IMG/VR virus record: IMGVR_UViG_3300033513_000011
Span: 1-52,813 of that record
DNA: 52,813 bases
Source: a virus
Lineage: Duplodnaviria > Caudoviricetes
Strand: one strand, 5' to 3'
Shown here piece after piece: positions 34,560-44,532 of this stretch. How positions within the stretch are numbered: position 1 is the first letter of the stretch; each line of letters begins with the position of its first letter. Below the pieces are notes generated by a model. It searched no databases. It worked only from the letters and a program-made list of their open reading frames with translations, and was not told where the DNA came from. The position numbers and the translations under genes are program-made.

Positions 34560-37500
34560 AGGGTCGCCCTTAGCAATCAATACCCCAGTGCCAGGCAAAG
34601 GCTTCAATCCTTACACCAAGATAGACCTGGCTTCCTTTGAGCAGCTGATCCAGTCCAATCTCAAGATATTACTCAAAGACCTCGGTCCGGTAACCGTCGA
34701 CACTTTGAAGTTCAGCGAGTTTGTGCGCGTCTCTATCAGGCCTCAAACTGGCGCAGCTTCCTTACGCCCACCCCTGGTGCTAGATCTGGCTCCTGGCTTC
34801 AAGACGCCTATGGGGCCAGCCGTGGAGTGGTATACCCGCTCCGGCTGGTCAGCCTCATTCGGACCAGAAGGTTGGATTGAATCTCCAGACCAGATGAGAC
34901 TGCATGCTCCAATGGAAGCCTTTGCCAAGTACATCCAGGCTTCTTTCAATCCAAACTTCATCCAGAAGAGCCCGCATCTTACTGAGGTAGACCGCTTCTC
35001 CAGAGTGGTAGCCAGTGGGGAGGATATCGTGCCCCACTCGCAGATCCCAGGCGGCGTGATGCGCCTGGATCCCACTATACCTCATGTCTCACGGGCGATG
35101 ATGGCCTCAGAGATAACCTTTGGGTTAGGCGAGGCAGCCACTGATCCAGCACAAGTCGAGCGAGCCATTGTCAACCGGGCTATGCTGGCACGCACCTTGC
35201 TTAGAGCTGCTACACCCCAAGAAGCGGCACTGATGAATGAAGAACAGTTCTGGGCAGCCTTACCGACCTACGGTTACGCCTTTGTCAAAGAGGGCGGGCG
35301 GGTGCGTATGCGCCAGGCTGGCATCGAGATAGGACCAGAGCAAGTACAGATTGTTGGCGCCGATCCCAACAAGGCTATCAAGTACATCAACGTCGCTCCG
35401 GGTGGGGGTGCCAGATCTGCCGCCGATATCATCCAGATCGATCCGGAAACCGGGCGGCCCATCTCCATGAGACCTCAGCCGATCACCGGCATGGCACCTG
35501 GCCAACGGGCAGGCCCCAAGCGCATCCTCAACGTGACCTACCCTGGGCAAGAAGAGCGCCCAGTTGCTGCAGTCTTACCTGATGTCGCCTTTATGGCCGA
35601 GAGTCTGCTTTCGGGTAGTCTAGTGTCCTACGGGGATCCCTTCAAGGGTGCGGTTAGCGCAGCTTACCCCAAAAAGCTCGAGCCTGATCTACCTCAGATC
35701 AATGCCTACCAGCTGGAGAAAGCCAAGTGGGAATGGGGACGCTTCCAGGAAATAGCTGGAAAGCCAGGGGAGAAGGTTACCTACAGGCGCCTCGACGAGA
35801 AGCTTCCCAAGGCTATTTCTCCACAAGAGAGCGCCATCATTGGCTTATTGCGCTACCCTGAGCTGGAGACAAACACTGAGGTGATCTATCCTATCCGCAT
35901 CTCTGCTCAGGATGCTCCGCTTTACCTGACCAGTGGTCCAGAACAAGCCAAGCTTTATGTGCCACCCTATTTCACCCCAGGTGTAGGGGACTGGCGCAAC
36001 ATGCCCGAGGGCAAAAAGACCATCGAGACGAGACTCCTGGCCGAGGGCATGGGCAGAGGTTTCCAGGGGCAGATCTTGCCAGAAGCTATGTCCGAGATCG
36101 GCATGATCCTGCCTTATCACTTGGAGACTGCAGCAGCTATCAAAGGTGGTGGCTCAAAGGTCGTACTCTCGCCTGCCCTGCACCCCATTGGCTCACCGAT
36201 CAGGGAGCCTGTACCTGGTGCTCCCGGCCGGCAGCTTTCCGGTATCACTGGCGATGTCAAGGTAATCGAGTACAGCTTCATTGGGCACTACGGCTCACTG
36301 GTTCCTGAGCTACAGCAGCAGATGCTGGGCTTATTCGACAGGATAAACCCGGATCTCGCCAAGGAGCTTATCCGCCAGAATCAGGAGAAGGCCGCTGAGC
36401 TGGTGGAGGTCTATGGGCAGAAAACGCATGGCTCACCCACCTCTGAGGAAATGGCAAAGGTCTACGCCGAGAAGATGGGACAGCCCTACCTGCGCAAAGC
36501 CAGCGCCGAGCAGATGTTTACACATCTGCGCCAACTGGTAGAGGAGCTCCCGATCGAGAAGTCCGTAGGTATGTTCGGCTGGGGCAACGTCCCTTCACAA
36601 GAATACACCCTGGGCTCCGTACCAAGCAGCGCAAAGACCATGATCCTGCGTTCTCTATTCCGTGCCACCAGAGAGACTTTCCTAAAAACTCACAAGATCG
36701 ATATTGCCACCCAGGAGGGAAGGCGGGCTTTCAGGCAGATCGTGCCAGGTGGATGGGAAGCATATCGCAACGAGATCATTAGCTTTGAGCCTGAGACACG
36801 CGGTCACTTACGTGGTATCGAGCCGGAGTTCCGGGCTGCTCAGCACGGGCCGGCGCTCATCGGCACTTTGGTTGCCCCCGTGGTCAATGAATTCCTGGCA
36901 GGCGTAGGCCGGGTGGGACCGGAGGAGCAACGCGCCATGTACGTAGCCTGGAAGGAGGCGGCTGTCTCCCTGGGCTTTGACCCAGAGAGTGTGCTAGGCG
37001 CTTCTGCTACAGGCATCCTGCCACCTGCAGCTGAGGCCTGGCGCAACATTGCTGAGGTTGGCCGTGCCCTTGGGTCTTATGCCCGCATCAAGCCCATGCC
37101 AGCCAGAGCTGCGAAAGGGGAGCCAGCCAGGCTGAGCGTCACTGAGCTTACCGAACAGGGACGCCATAAGCTTGAGGGTTTTTTGGCTACAGGTGTTACT
37201 GATCTTACAGCGATCGAGAGTTTCATCCAGGAGAATCTAGGCCAAGCAGGTGCACTTTACATGCCGGGCGCCAAGATCCCTTACATGGTTCGTCCTGGGT
37301 GGATGGAGGCAGTCACACACGAGGCATTCAGTGAGGGTGCCCAAGAGCCTGAGCCTGTCCAGATCATGATCAAGCGCTATCCCGAACTCTTGCAGTCGTG
37401 GCTATCTGGCTATGAGCCTGGCACAGAACTGAGAGGTGAAGCGCTACTCTCTGAGTACCAAGGGTGGATGGAATCTACCTTCAAGTCTAGCTCACGCACC

Positions 37501-40500
37501 ATCTCCAAAGTCCTCACCCAGCGCTATGGCGGCATCATGGGCCGCTTTGCCGGGCTTATGTTGCCAGTCGGTGAAAGCCTCATGCCTGAGCAACAGCTTG
37601 AGACCATGCTCATGGAGCGGGCACGCGCCAGTGGCGTACGACCTTTCGCCAAAAGCAAGGAGGGCGTTCCCTGGATTGCACAGGCTAAGGAATTTATTGC
37701 TCAAACTGGTTTCTTGCATGGGCTGACTGTACGCGAGCCCGCCTTCCAGCCTATGGGCGGCGCCCAATCTGGACGCATTATCTCAGAGCGCATCCTCAAA
37801 GACCGGGGGCTTTACCTGCCGCCCTCTACCGTTGTTCGCCCAGGTGGAGAGATCCAGCCTGGCTCCTGGATGACTACCGGCTGGGCTTCCCTTGAGGGTT
37901 TGCCTATCATCGCCATGCATGGCGACTGGGACGCCGATATGATCTACAAGGCTGGAGTAGCCATGCTATCACAGACCGGGCTAACTCCGCTGGCTGGGGC
38001 GCTCAGGCCGCCTACTGGTGACACACCTATAGAACGCCGCCGCTTGATCCAGCAAGTAGACCAGGCTCTCCGGGCGTCTACAGGCGGCACACCTTGGGAG
38101 CCCGGCGGATCTTTCAACGTCTTGCAGAAGTCCCTGACCCGTATCCTGCAGTCTGTTATGAGTGGCAAACATGGTCGGGAAGCGCCGCCTTCAGCAGAGG
38201 GCGTGACCGGTATCGGCATCAGCACAGTTCCTTGGGAGGAGCTGGTCAAAACCTCTGGCGAGGTCATCCGCACTGAGCAAGGCATGGGCACTACTTATCG
38301 CATGCGCCAGCTGTTTGAAGCTTTCGCTACAGCCAGGGGATGGAGCCCGGAAGCGATTACCCGAGGCGGCACAGCCCAGGCTTACCTTTACCAGACCTAC
38401 CTGGATAAGCTGACCAAGGAGATCGAGGAACGCAGGGGCTTCCGCAATATTGAAACTATCCTGTCCAGTGCTTTCTTCGGCGAGGGACGTGGTGGAGAGT
38501 TCAGCCTGCTCTACAAACCCTCTGCAGTTCGCAGGCATGTCCCATTGTGGACTGCTGAGGCTCACAAAGGTGTCAGCGATGAGGAACGTGGCCGGGCCTT
38601 CTCTGGGCGTGTAGGTAGCTCCCTGGCCATACAACTAGCCGAGGATATCGCCGGCATGGAGACACCCGACTATGGTCTGGCAGCTTTCCTGACAGCTACC
38701 AAGTTCGAGGACATACCTCAGCTGGAAGAACGCATGAAGAAAGAGGGTATCGTTCGGGCACTTACTGGTTCTGGTGAGGGTTTGATGGAAACCAAGGGCT
38801 ATCTCTATGGCCGGGATATCACCGAGACCCTGCTGGGTGGAACAACCGTCTTCTCCGCCTTTGCCCGTGACATTGGCTTCCCTGCTGTAGCCACCCGCAA
38901 GGGAGCCCGCATGTCCAAGGAAGAGCCTGGCGTGCCAGTTATGCAACGCATCGGAAGACAGCCTATCCCCTGGATGGGTAAAGTCGTCCCCCTGCGTGAG
39001 CTTGGACTACAGCCTGATGTGAGTATGGCAGCCGGGTTATTCAGCTACTACACGCGGCGCTGGGGCACTACTACCCCAGAGTTTACCAAGCGCTTCGCTC
39101 CCTGGCCGGCTGAGGCTATGGGTAGCTACATGGCCCTCAAGGAACGCCTGGTTTCTGAAGGAAAACCAGTGCCTTTTATGCTGGACTACATGATCAGCCA
39201 GGAGAGCGTCTCGGCCTTACTGCGTGGCGTGGGCGGCGTGGAGCCTGCCACTATGCCAAGGCTTACCTCTGCTGAGGCTGCTCGCTTCGTACCTGGCAAG
39301 ATGACAGTCGGCTCAACCACTGTTCCTTTTCTGGCTATGCCTGGCAAGCTGGGTATCATGGGTCAATCCCTTTACACAGAAGAGCTGGCATATGCCAAAC
39401 AGAAAGAGCTTGAGCTGGTCGCCAGCCAAGCCACCTTCGGTATTGAGCCAGAGAAGCTACGCCCAGCTTCTGAAGCTGCCTTCCAGAAGAAAATGTTTGA
39501 GGCGGGCTATGCCTTCGAGGAGCAGCAGCGCGGTGAGCTGTTCAAGAGAGAGCGGATGTTCCTGTACGATGAGCAGGGCCGCCCGATCGTCGGACCCTTG
39601 TATGGCATCCCTCATGAGAAACAGGGCATAGTACCAGCCGCCGAGATTGCTGGAGAAACCTATACCGAGAGTCCTTTCTTCAAGACTTATGGGCGCTTTG
39701 CACCTGATGTCCTGGGCTTGGTCTTCGAGAAGGGCAAAGAGAATGTCGCATCTGTGTTGCAAGCCTCTATGAAGTGGAGCCTGACGCCTCTGGCTGCTGA
39801 GCAGAAACCTGCCTCATTGTTTGTACGCATGCAAGAGGCGCAATACTTCTACCCCCTGCAAGCCAGAGCTTTCAAGGGATCAGCCGCCAGCGGCCCATTG
39901 CGCGAATTGCTTGAGCCGCAGATCCGTGAGACACCCTGGTTCAAAGAGTTCTGGAGCTTCGAAGGGCAGAAAGCCTTTGCCGAGTCCCAGAAGCTGCCCG
40001 TACCCAGTGAAGAGATGATGCGGGCTCAGCAAGAGCAGATTATCCGGCGCAATATCAAGCTATGGTCATCTGGTTTGCGCCAATCTACGCTTGGCATAGT
40101 GCCCTACCGCTTCGAAGCTTTCTCCGGCTGGGGTGAGCCTGGCGCCTATCAAGTAGCAGGCGGTCCAGAAGGAGTCGAGATTCCGGGCGTGCGTGAGCCA
40201 CTGCTCAGGCGCTACATTGCTAAGGGCTTTATGCGCGGCCAGCAGCTAATGGCACCAGAAAATATTGCCGAGGCCATGCCCCAGATCGCAGCGGCCGCCT
40301 TTGAGGCAGGCACGCCTTTCACTGAGTTAGGGCCTGCTTTCCTAGGGCTACAGGGTGCCACAGGCCAATGGAAAGAGTGGGTCAGCCGCTACAACGTTGC
40401 CTTGCGCCCAACAACTATCCCCGGTGCTAAGCCTACTGGCATGGTCAAAGCACAGTTGGGCTATCAGGGTGGAGAACACGAGCCGCGTCCCGGCGAGAAT

Positions 40501-43500
40501 ATGCCCCCCGCTCCAGGTGAGGGCACCACAATCAACGTGGAAAGTGGCGAGCAGGTGGTCATCAACCCGGCTTCTAGCGGGGCGGGTGCTCCACCCCATG
40601 TCCCTCCGATCGCTGGTGCGTCTGCCGGCGGGATGAATGACTTTGCCAATCTTTTGGGCCAGAAGCTCACTGAAGCCCTACAGCAGACTGGCATCGGTAT
40701 CTACCACGCCGCTGGAGGTGGCACTTCGCCTGTCTTACAAGATCTACGTGCCGTTGAGGGCGTGCTCTCCATGCAAGGCATGAACACACCCCAGTTCCGC
40801 GCTTGGGGCGCCCAAATGCAGACTATGCTTGAAGGTATCTTGGGGCTACCCGCCGAGCAGCAAGGGCGCTACCAGGTCATGGAGCTGGCCCAAATGGCAA
40901 AGACCGGCGCGCCTGAGCAGCAAGCCGCTTTCCGTACCTTGATCCAGGCTAACCGGCCTACTATCCAATCTGGTTACAATGTTTTGCAAACGGTTGGCGC
41001 TTCCTACCGGGCAGCTTTGAAGGGCACACCTATGAGCGGGGAGACCATGGGCGCCCTGGCCTCGCTGATGGGTTTGACTGAACAAGAGGTTCGTGAGCAG
41101 ATCTCCGGAGGGCTGGCGCTCTCTCCAGAACTGGGCACCCTAGCCGGCAGCTTGCGCACCGCGCATGCCTTACAGACAACCGCCTCAGACTGGCGCACAA
41201 CTGCTAAGACACGTGGCTTCACCGAGGCCAATATCGGCGAGCATCTAGATGAGACTGGCAAGAAGATCAAGGGTTTGGGCGAGGTTGTCGTCGAGGCTAC
41301 CGAGAAGCTCTCCAGCCTCAACAAACAGTTTGCCTCAGCGACATCCGAGACTGAGCGCCTGGCTATCTCTCAAGAAGCTCAAGTTCAGAAAGGTGTCCTG
41401 GCCTCAGCTTTAGGACAGGAGCGCCTTGTCCAGGCCAGGGGAACTCTCAAATACCTGCAGGCAGCCCGGGTAGCTGGGGCAGAAGTAACTCCGGAAGCTT
41501 GGGGGCAAGCCTCTGCTGAAGTCCTGGCTGCAGAACAGCAAGTCGTTAGCGGGGAGCAGGCACAAGCTTACGGGCGCCAGCCCTGGCTGAGACGAGCTCT
41601 TGGACAGGGCCAAGCTGGACGTTTCATGCGCGGTTTGATCGGTGGCTGGGGCCTCATGTACATGGGACATCTGGCTTCTTTCCCCATGCAAACCTGGCAA
41701 TATGGCTACCAAGAGTCCGAGCAGTTCCAGATGCAGATGGCTGCTCAAGCAGGAGCTACTCTCGGACCATCTATCAGACCTTGGGCTTCACCAACCTACG
41801 CTGCTCTGCAAACCCAGATCGCCTATGGCGCGCCGATGGCAGGCGCAGCTCAGCTGGCTGGTGCCCGTATTCCTGGAGGTGCCAGGGATATCTTTGGAGC
41901 AGGTCTGGCAAGCTTATCTGCTGGCGCAATGGCCTTGTACTTTGGCTCTGTGGGTGCACAAGCGGGGCTAACTGGCTTGACTACTGCTATGAATACAGCT
42001 GCAGTACCAGCCATGGCACTAGGTCTGCTAGGCGGGCTATCCCTTACTCAGGCGGCTTACAACCAGTTCCCAGAACAGAACATTCTGGCTCTAGGTACAT
42101 CTCAGGTGCGCCAGCAAAGAGAGACCAATCCTCTAGTCCAAGGACTTCTGGGACTGGATGTCTGGTGGCGCTCGCTCAACCGGCCCGAGGCTACCCAGGC
42201 TGCCACACAGTACACTCAGGCTGTCAACCAGACTCTGACCTCAGGTGCCTTTAGTGCTCAACAGATCAGCCGTGGACCGCAAGGCTACTTCATAGCTCCA
42301 CAGCGTGGAGGCGCACCGACTGCTCAGCAGATGTACACCGTCGCTCAGCGCATCGCAGCCGACCCACGCTTCAGTGACCTAGACCCCAACCTGGTAGGAC
42401 AGGTAGCCTTGCAACTACTTCCTACTGGACAGGCAACCGAGAACAACATTCGGCAGATGGTTACCGCTTTAGCTGCAGGGACCAACGTCCCAGCTATAGC
42501 CCAGGCTGTCCAACAGTTCACGGGCGGAGGCTACCAGCCCCCTGCTGCGCTGGGTGCTCTGCAGGTACAGATCAGCGGCATGCAGCCCAGACAACTAGCT
42601 CGCCTGCAACGTGGGCTAGAACTGATGGGGCGCACGCCAGGTATCCAGCAATGGCTGGGTGGGGGTGCTCCAATAAGCGCGCAAGCTGTCCAGGGATTAG
42701 CTGAGGGCGCTTTCGCTGGTATTCAGGGCGGAGCTTATGAGGCACCTTTCTTACAACGGGCTGGCATCGCCGCAGAACGTTTTGGCTTAGGCTTGACCAC
42801 TCCTGTTAACTTGGGTCTTTATCAACGCCAGCGCACCTGGACACCTCAACAGTGGTACCTAGAAAGCCAACGCAACGCCTTGCTAAATAGAGGCGCTGCG
42901 CTCGGTGGGCAATTAGCCACTGCCGGCGTGCCTTACGAAACTATGCTTGGTGTTACTGGCTGGGCTGAGCTCAGCCCAGCCAACATGGGAATAGCAGAGA
43001 GAGTACGCTCCATGGACCGCTTTGCGGTCACCGGACTGGCCGCAGCAGGTGCAATCGGAAACCAGTATGCCACAATGGATATCGGGCTTGGCGGCAATCT
43101 CACCGGCTACCAGCTATTTGCCACCTCATTGCAACAAGGCACGCAGACACCCATCCAGACTGCTAACCAACTTCTACCTACTGGCTGGCAGAACCGGCCG
43201 GGCGCTCAAGCTATGGTCTATGGCATCAACGTCCAAACCGGACAGGTTTACCAGAATGCTGCTCAGCGACAGGCCGCTATCCAGGCAGGTGTACCAGCTA
43301 GCCAGATTGTCGGCGGGTTGCAGGGCGGGCAGTGGCAACAACAGTGGGCTGGCTGGAACTACCAGGCCGCTACTTCTGGTATCAATCTAGCGCAGATCGC
43401 CCTGCAGGAGAAGTACCAGCCTCTCTTCTGGAATATCGAGGACCGCCAGCGTGCCCTCCAGGATCGGCAGATGGCCTGGAGCTTCCAGATGCAGGGGCAG

Positions 43501-44532
43501 CAACTGGGGATGCAGCGCAGCCAGTTCTACGAAAACTTTGCCCTGAACATGCAGGGGACGCAGATGCAGCGCCAGTTCACGATGAGGGACTGGGCTTGGC
43601 AGAACCAGATGCGCCAGATGCAGTGGGGTTGGAGACAGGAGGACTTCGCCGAGAACGTGCGCTTCATGACCGGGCGCGAGCGCCGCCTGGCTGAGCGGCA
43701 GATGGAACGGGAAACCACCATGTTCGGCATGGAGGGCACCCGCATCGATGAGCAACGTCGCCAGCAGAAAGAGCTATGGGCGCTCGAGGATCAACGCTTC
43801 GAGCTTCAGCGCAAGCACTTCGAAGAGCAGTTCAAGCTATCTGAGGAGAACCTCAAGAAGCAGAAGGAGTTCTACGAAGAGCAGAAGAAGCTTAGAGATG
43901 AACAGACTAAGCTTCAGCGAGCTTACTGGAAGGAGCAGATCGAGCTACAGAAGCAGGCTGCCGGCGCAAGCGCTACCTACGCCGAGGCTATGAAGACCGC
44001 TGCCCTGGACATGGAACTGATTAGCAAGGGCCAGGGCGATGTACTGGCTGGATACCAGGTTGCAGCTGCTAGTGAGACCGAGATGATCAATACCCTCATC
44101 AAGGGTCTGAACCACATCATCAAGAATGCCCCGGATGCACTGGCTTCTATCGTGGATGCCCTTGCTGGAGGCGGGACGAAGCTGCTTCCAGAGTTTACTG
44201 GTGGTGGTAAGAAGGACAAAACCCCCAAAAGCGGTAATCCCCGCCAGATTGGCGGACCGCATATGCCTGGCGTGTCTGTCATAGGCGAGGGCGGACGCGA
44301 GCTCCTGGAAAGCAGCGTGCCCATGCACGTCTACCCAAACAACGAGCTGAAGTCCATGCTATATGGTAGCCAGAGCAACTACACATCCTACTGGAACAAC
44401 AGCTACGTAGATCTGGCACCTCCACAGCGTGGAGGACAAGGAGGACCGGCTGTCCTGATTGTCAATATCGGCAACGAACGCCTTGGGCGCTTCGTGATCG
44501 AGAAGTTTGACAAAGCCCTCGAGGTAGGCTGA
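34549..44532 (+). CDS. tape measure protein with N-terminal two-barrel RNA polymerase-like region (3,327 aa)
   Basis: TMP position; A/G/Q-rich helical C-half, aromatic-spaced coiled coil, C-terminal RQIGG...VIGEGGRELL motif; N-half motifs IKGGGSKVVL, TVREP, HGDWDAD, YQTYLDK. Confidence 0.85.
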   Translation: MADRGSPLAINTPVPGKGFNPYTKIDLASFEQLIQSNLKILLKDLGPVTVDTLKFSEFVRVSIRPQTGAASLRPPLVLDLAPGFKTPMGPAVEWYTRSGWSASFGPEGWIESPDQMRLHAPMEAFAKYIQASFNPNFIQKSPHLTEVDRFSRVVASGEDIVPHSQIPGGVMRLDPTIPHVSRAMMASEITFGLGEAATDPAQVERAIVNRAMLARTLLRAATPQEAALMNEEQFWAALPTYGYAFVKEGGRVRMRQAGIEIGPEQVQIVGADPNKAIKYINVAPGGGARSAADIIQIDPETGRPISMRPQPITGMAPGQRAGPKRILNVTYPGQEERPVAAVLPDVAFMAESLLSGSLVSYGDPFKGAVSAAYPKKLEPDLPQINAYQLEKAKWEWGRFQEIAGKPGEKVTYRRLDEKLPKAISPQESAIIGLLRYPELETNTEVIYPIRISAQDAPLYLTSGPEQAKLYVPPYFTPGVGDWRNMPEGKKTIETRLLAEGMGRGFQGQILPEAMSEIGMILPYHLETAAAIKGGGSKVVLSPALHPIGSPIREPVPGAPGRQLSGITGDVKVIEYSFIGHYGSLVPELQQQMLGLFDRINPDLAKELIRQNQEKAAELVEVYGQKTHGSPTSEEMAKVYAEKMGQPYLRKASAEQMFTHLRQLVEELPIEKSVGMFGWGNVPSQEYTLGSVPSSAKTMILRSLFRATRETFLKTHKIDIATQEGRRAFRQIVPGGWEAYRNEIISFEPETRGHLRGIEPEFRAAQHGPALIGTLVAPVVNEFLAGVGRVGPEEQRAMYVAWKEAAVSLGFDPESVLGASATGILPPAAEAWRNIAEVGRALGSYARIKPMPARAAKGEPARLSVTELTEQGRHKLEGFLATGVTDLTAIESFIQENLGQAGALYMPGAKIPYMVRPGWMEAVTHEAFSEGAQEPEPVQIMIKRYPELLQSWLSGYEPGTELRGEALLSEYQGWMESTFKSSSRTISKVLTQRYGGIMGRFAGLMLPVGESLMPEQQLETMLMERARASGVRPFAKSKEGVPWIAQAKEFIAQTGFLHGLTVREPAFQPMGGAQSGRIISERILKDRGLYLPPSTVVRPGGEIQPGSWMTTGWASLEGLPIIAMHGDWDADMIYKAGVAMLSQTGLTPLAGALRPPTGDTPIERRRLIQQVDQALRASTGGTPWEPGGSFNVLQKSLTRILQSVMSGKHGREAPPSAEGVTGIGISTVPWEELVKTSGEVIRTEQGMGTTYRMRQLFEAFATARGWSPEAITRGGTAQAYLYQTYLDKLTKEIEERRGFRNIETILSSAFFGEGRGGEFSLLYKPSAVRRHVPLWTAEAHKGVSDEERGRAFSGRVGSSLAIQLAEDIAGMETPDYGLAAFLTATKFEDIPQLEERMKKEGIVRALTGSGEGLMETKGYLYGRDITETLLGGTTVFSAFARDIGFPAVATRKGARMSKEEPGVPVMQRIGRQPIPWMGKVVPLRELGLQPDVSMAAGLFSYYTRRWGTTTPEFTKRFAPWPAEAMGSYMALKERLVSEGKPVPFMLDYMISQESVSALLRGVGGVEPATMPRLTSAEAARFVPGKMTVGSTTVPFLAMPGKLGIMGQSLYTEELAYAKQKELELVASQATFGIEPEKLRPASEAAFQKKMFEAGYAFEEQQRGELFKRERMFLYDEQGRPIVGPLYGIPHEKQGIVPAAEIAGETYTESPFFKTYGRFAPDVLGLVFEKGKENVASVLQASMKWSLTPLAAEQKPASLFVRMQEAQYFYPLQARAFKGSAASGPLRELLEPQIRETPWFKEFWSFEGQKAFAESQKLPVPSEEMMRAQQEQIIRRNIKLWSSGLRQSTLGIVPYRFEAFSGWGEPGAYQVAGGPEGVEIPGVREPLLRRYIAKGFMRGQQLMAPENIAEAMPQIAAAAFEAGTPFTELGPAFLGLQGATGQWKEWVSRYNVALRPTTIPGAKPTGMVKAQLGYQGGEHEPRPGENMPPAPGEGTTINVESGEQVVINPASSGAGAPPHVPPIAGASAGGMNDFANLLGQKLTEALQQTGIGIYHAAGGGTSPVLQDLRAVEGVLSMQGMNTPQFRAWGAQMQTMLEGILGLPAEQQGRYQVMELAQMAKTGAPEQQAAFRTLIQANRPTIQSGYNVLQTVGASYRAALKGTPMSGETMGALASLMGLTEQEVREQISGGLALSPELGTLAGSLRTAHALQTTASDWRTTAKTRGFTEANIGEHLDETGKKIKGLGEVVVEATEKLSSLNKQFASATSETERLAISQEAQVQKGVLASALGQERLVQARGTLKYLQAARVAGAEVTPEAWGQASAEVLAAEQQVVSGEQAQAYGRQPWLRRALGQGQAGRFMRGLIGGWGLMYMGHLASFPMQTWQYGYQESEQFQMQMAAQAGATLGPSIRPWASPTYAALQTQIAYGAPMAGAAQLAGARIPGGARDIFGAGLASLSAGAMALYFGSVGAQAGLTGLTTAMNTAAVPAMALGLLGGLSLTQAAYNQFPEQNILALGTSQVRQQRETNPLVQGLLGLDVWWRSLNRPEATQAATQYTQAVNQTLTSGAFSAQQISRGPQGYFIAPQRGGAPTAQQMYTVAQRIAADPRFSDLDPNLVGQVALQLLPTGQATENNIRQMVTALAAGTNVPAIAQAVQQFTGGGYQPPAALGALQVQISGMQPRQLARLQRGLELMGRTPGIQQWLGGGAPISAQAVQGLAEGAFAGIQGGAYEAPFLQRAGIAAERFGLGLTTPVNLGLYQRQRTWTPQQWYLESQRNALLNRGAALGGQLATAGVPYETMLGVTGWAELSPANMGIAERVRSMDRFAVTGLAAAGAIGNQYATMDIGLGGNLTGYQLFATSLQQGTQTPIQTANQLLPTGWQNRPGAQAMVYGINVQTGQVYQNAAQRQAAIQAGVPASQIVGGLQGGQWQQQWAGWNYQAATSGINLAQIALQEKYQPLFWNIEDRQRALQDRQMAWSFQMQGQQLGMQRSQFYENFALNMQGTQMQRQFTMRDWAWQNQMRQMQWGWRQEDFAENVRFMTGRERRLAERQMERETTMFGMEGTRIDEQRRQQKELWALEDQRFELQRKHFEEQFKLSEENLKKQKEFYEEQKKLRDEQTKLQRAYWKEQIELQKQAAGASATYAEAMKTAALDMELISKGQGDVLAGYQVAAASETEMINTLIKGLNHIIKNAPDALASIVDALAGGGTKLLPEFTGGGKKDKTPKSGNPRQIGGPHMPGVSVIGEGGRELLESSVPMHVYPNNELKSMLYGSQSNYTSYWNNSYVDLAPPQRGGQGGPAVLIVNIGNERLGRFVIEKFDKALEVG
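42297..42309 (+). repeat. palindrome TCCAC-N3-GTGGA copy 7
   Basis: CTCCACAGCGTGGAGG. Confidence 0.8.
44421..44433 (+). repeat. palindrome TCCAC-N3-GTGGA copy 8
   Basis: CCTCCACAGCGTGGAGG near TMP 3' end. Confidence 0.85.

Noticed and set aside
1422-44433. Palindromic repeats as a CRISPR array or IS ends
   Set aside because: Copies are dispersed, only 13-19 bp, with no regular spacers, no cas genes and no transposase
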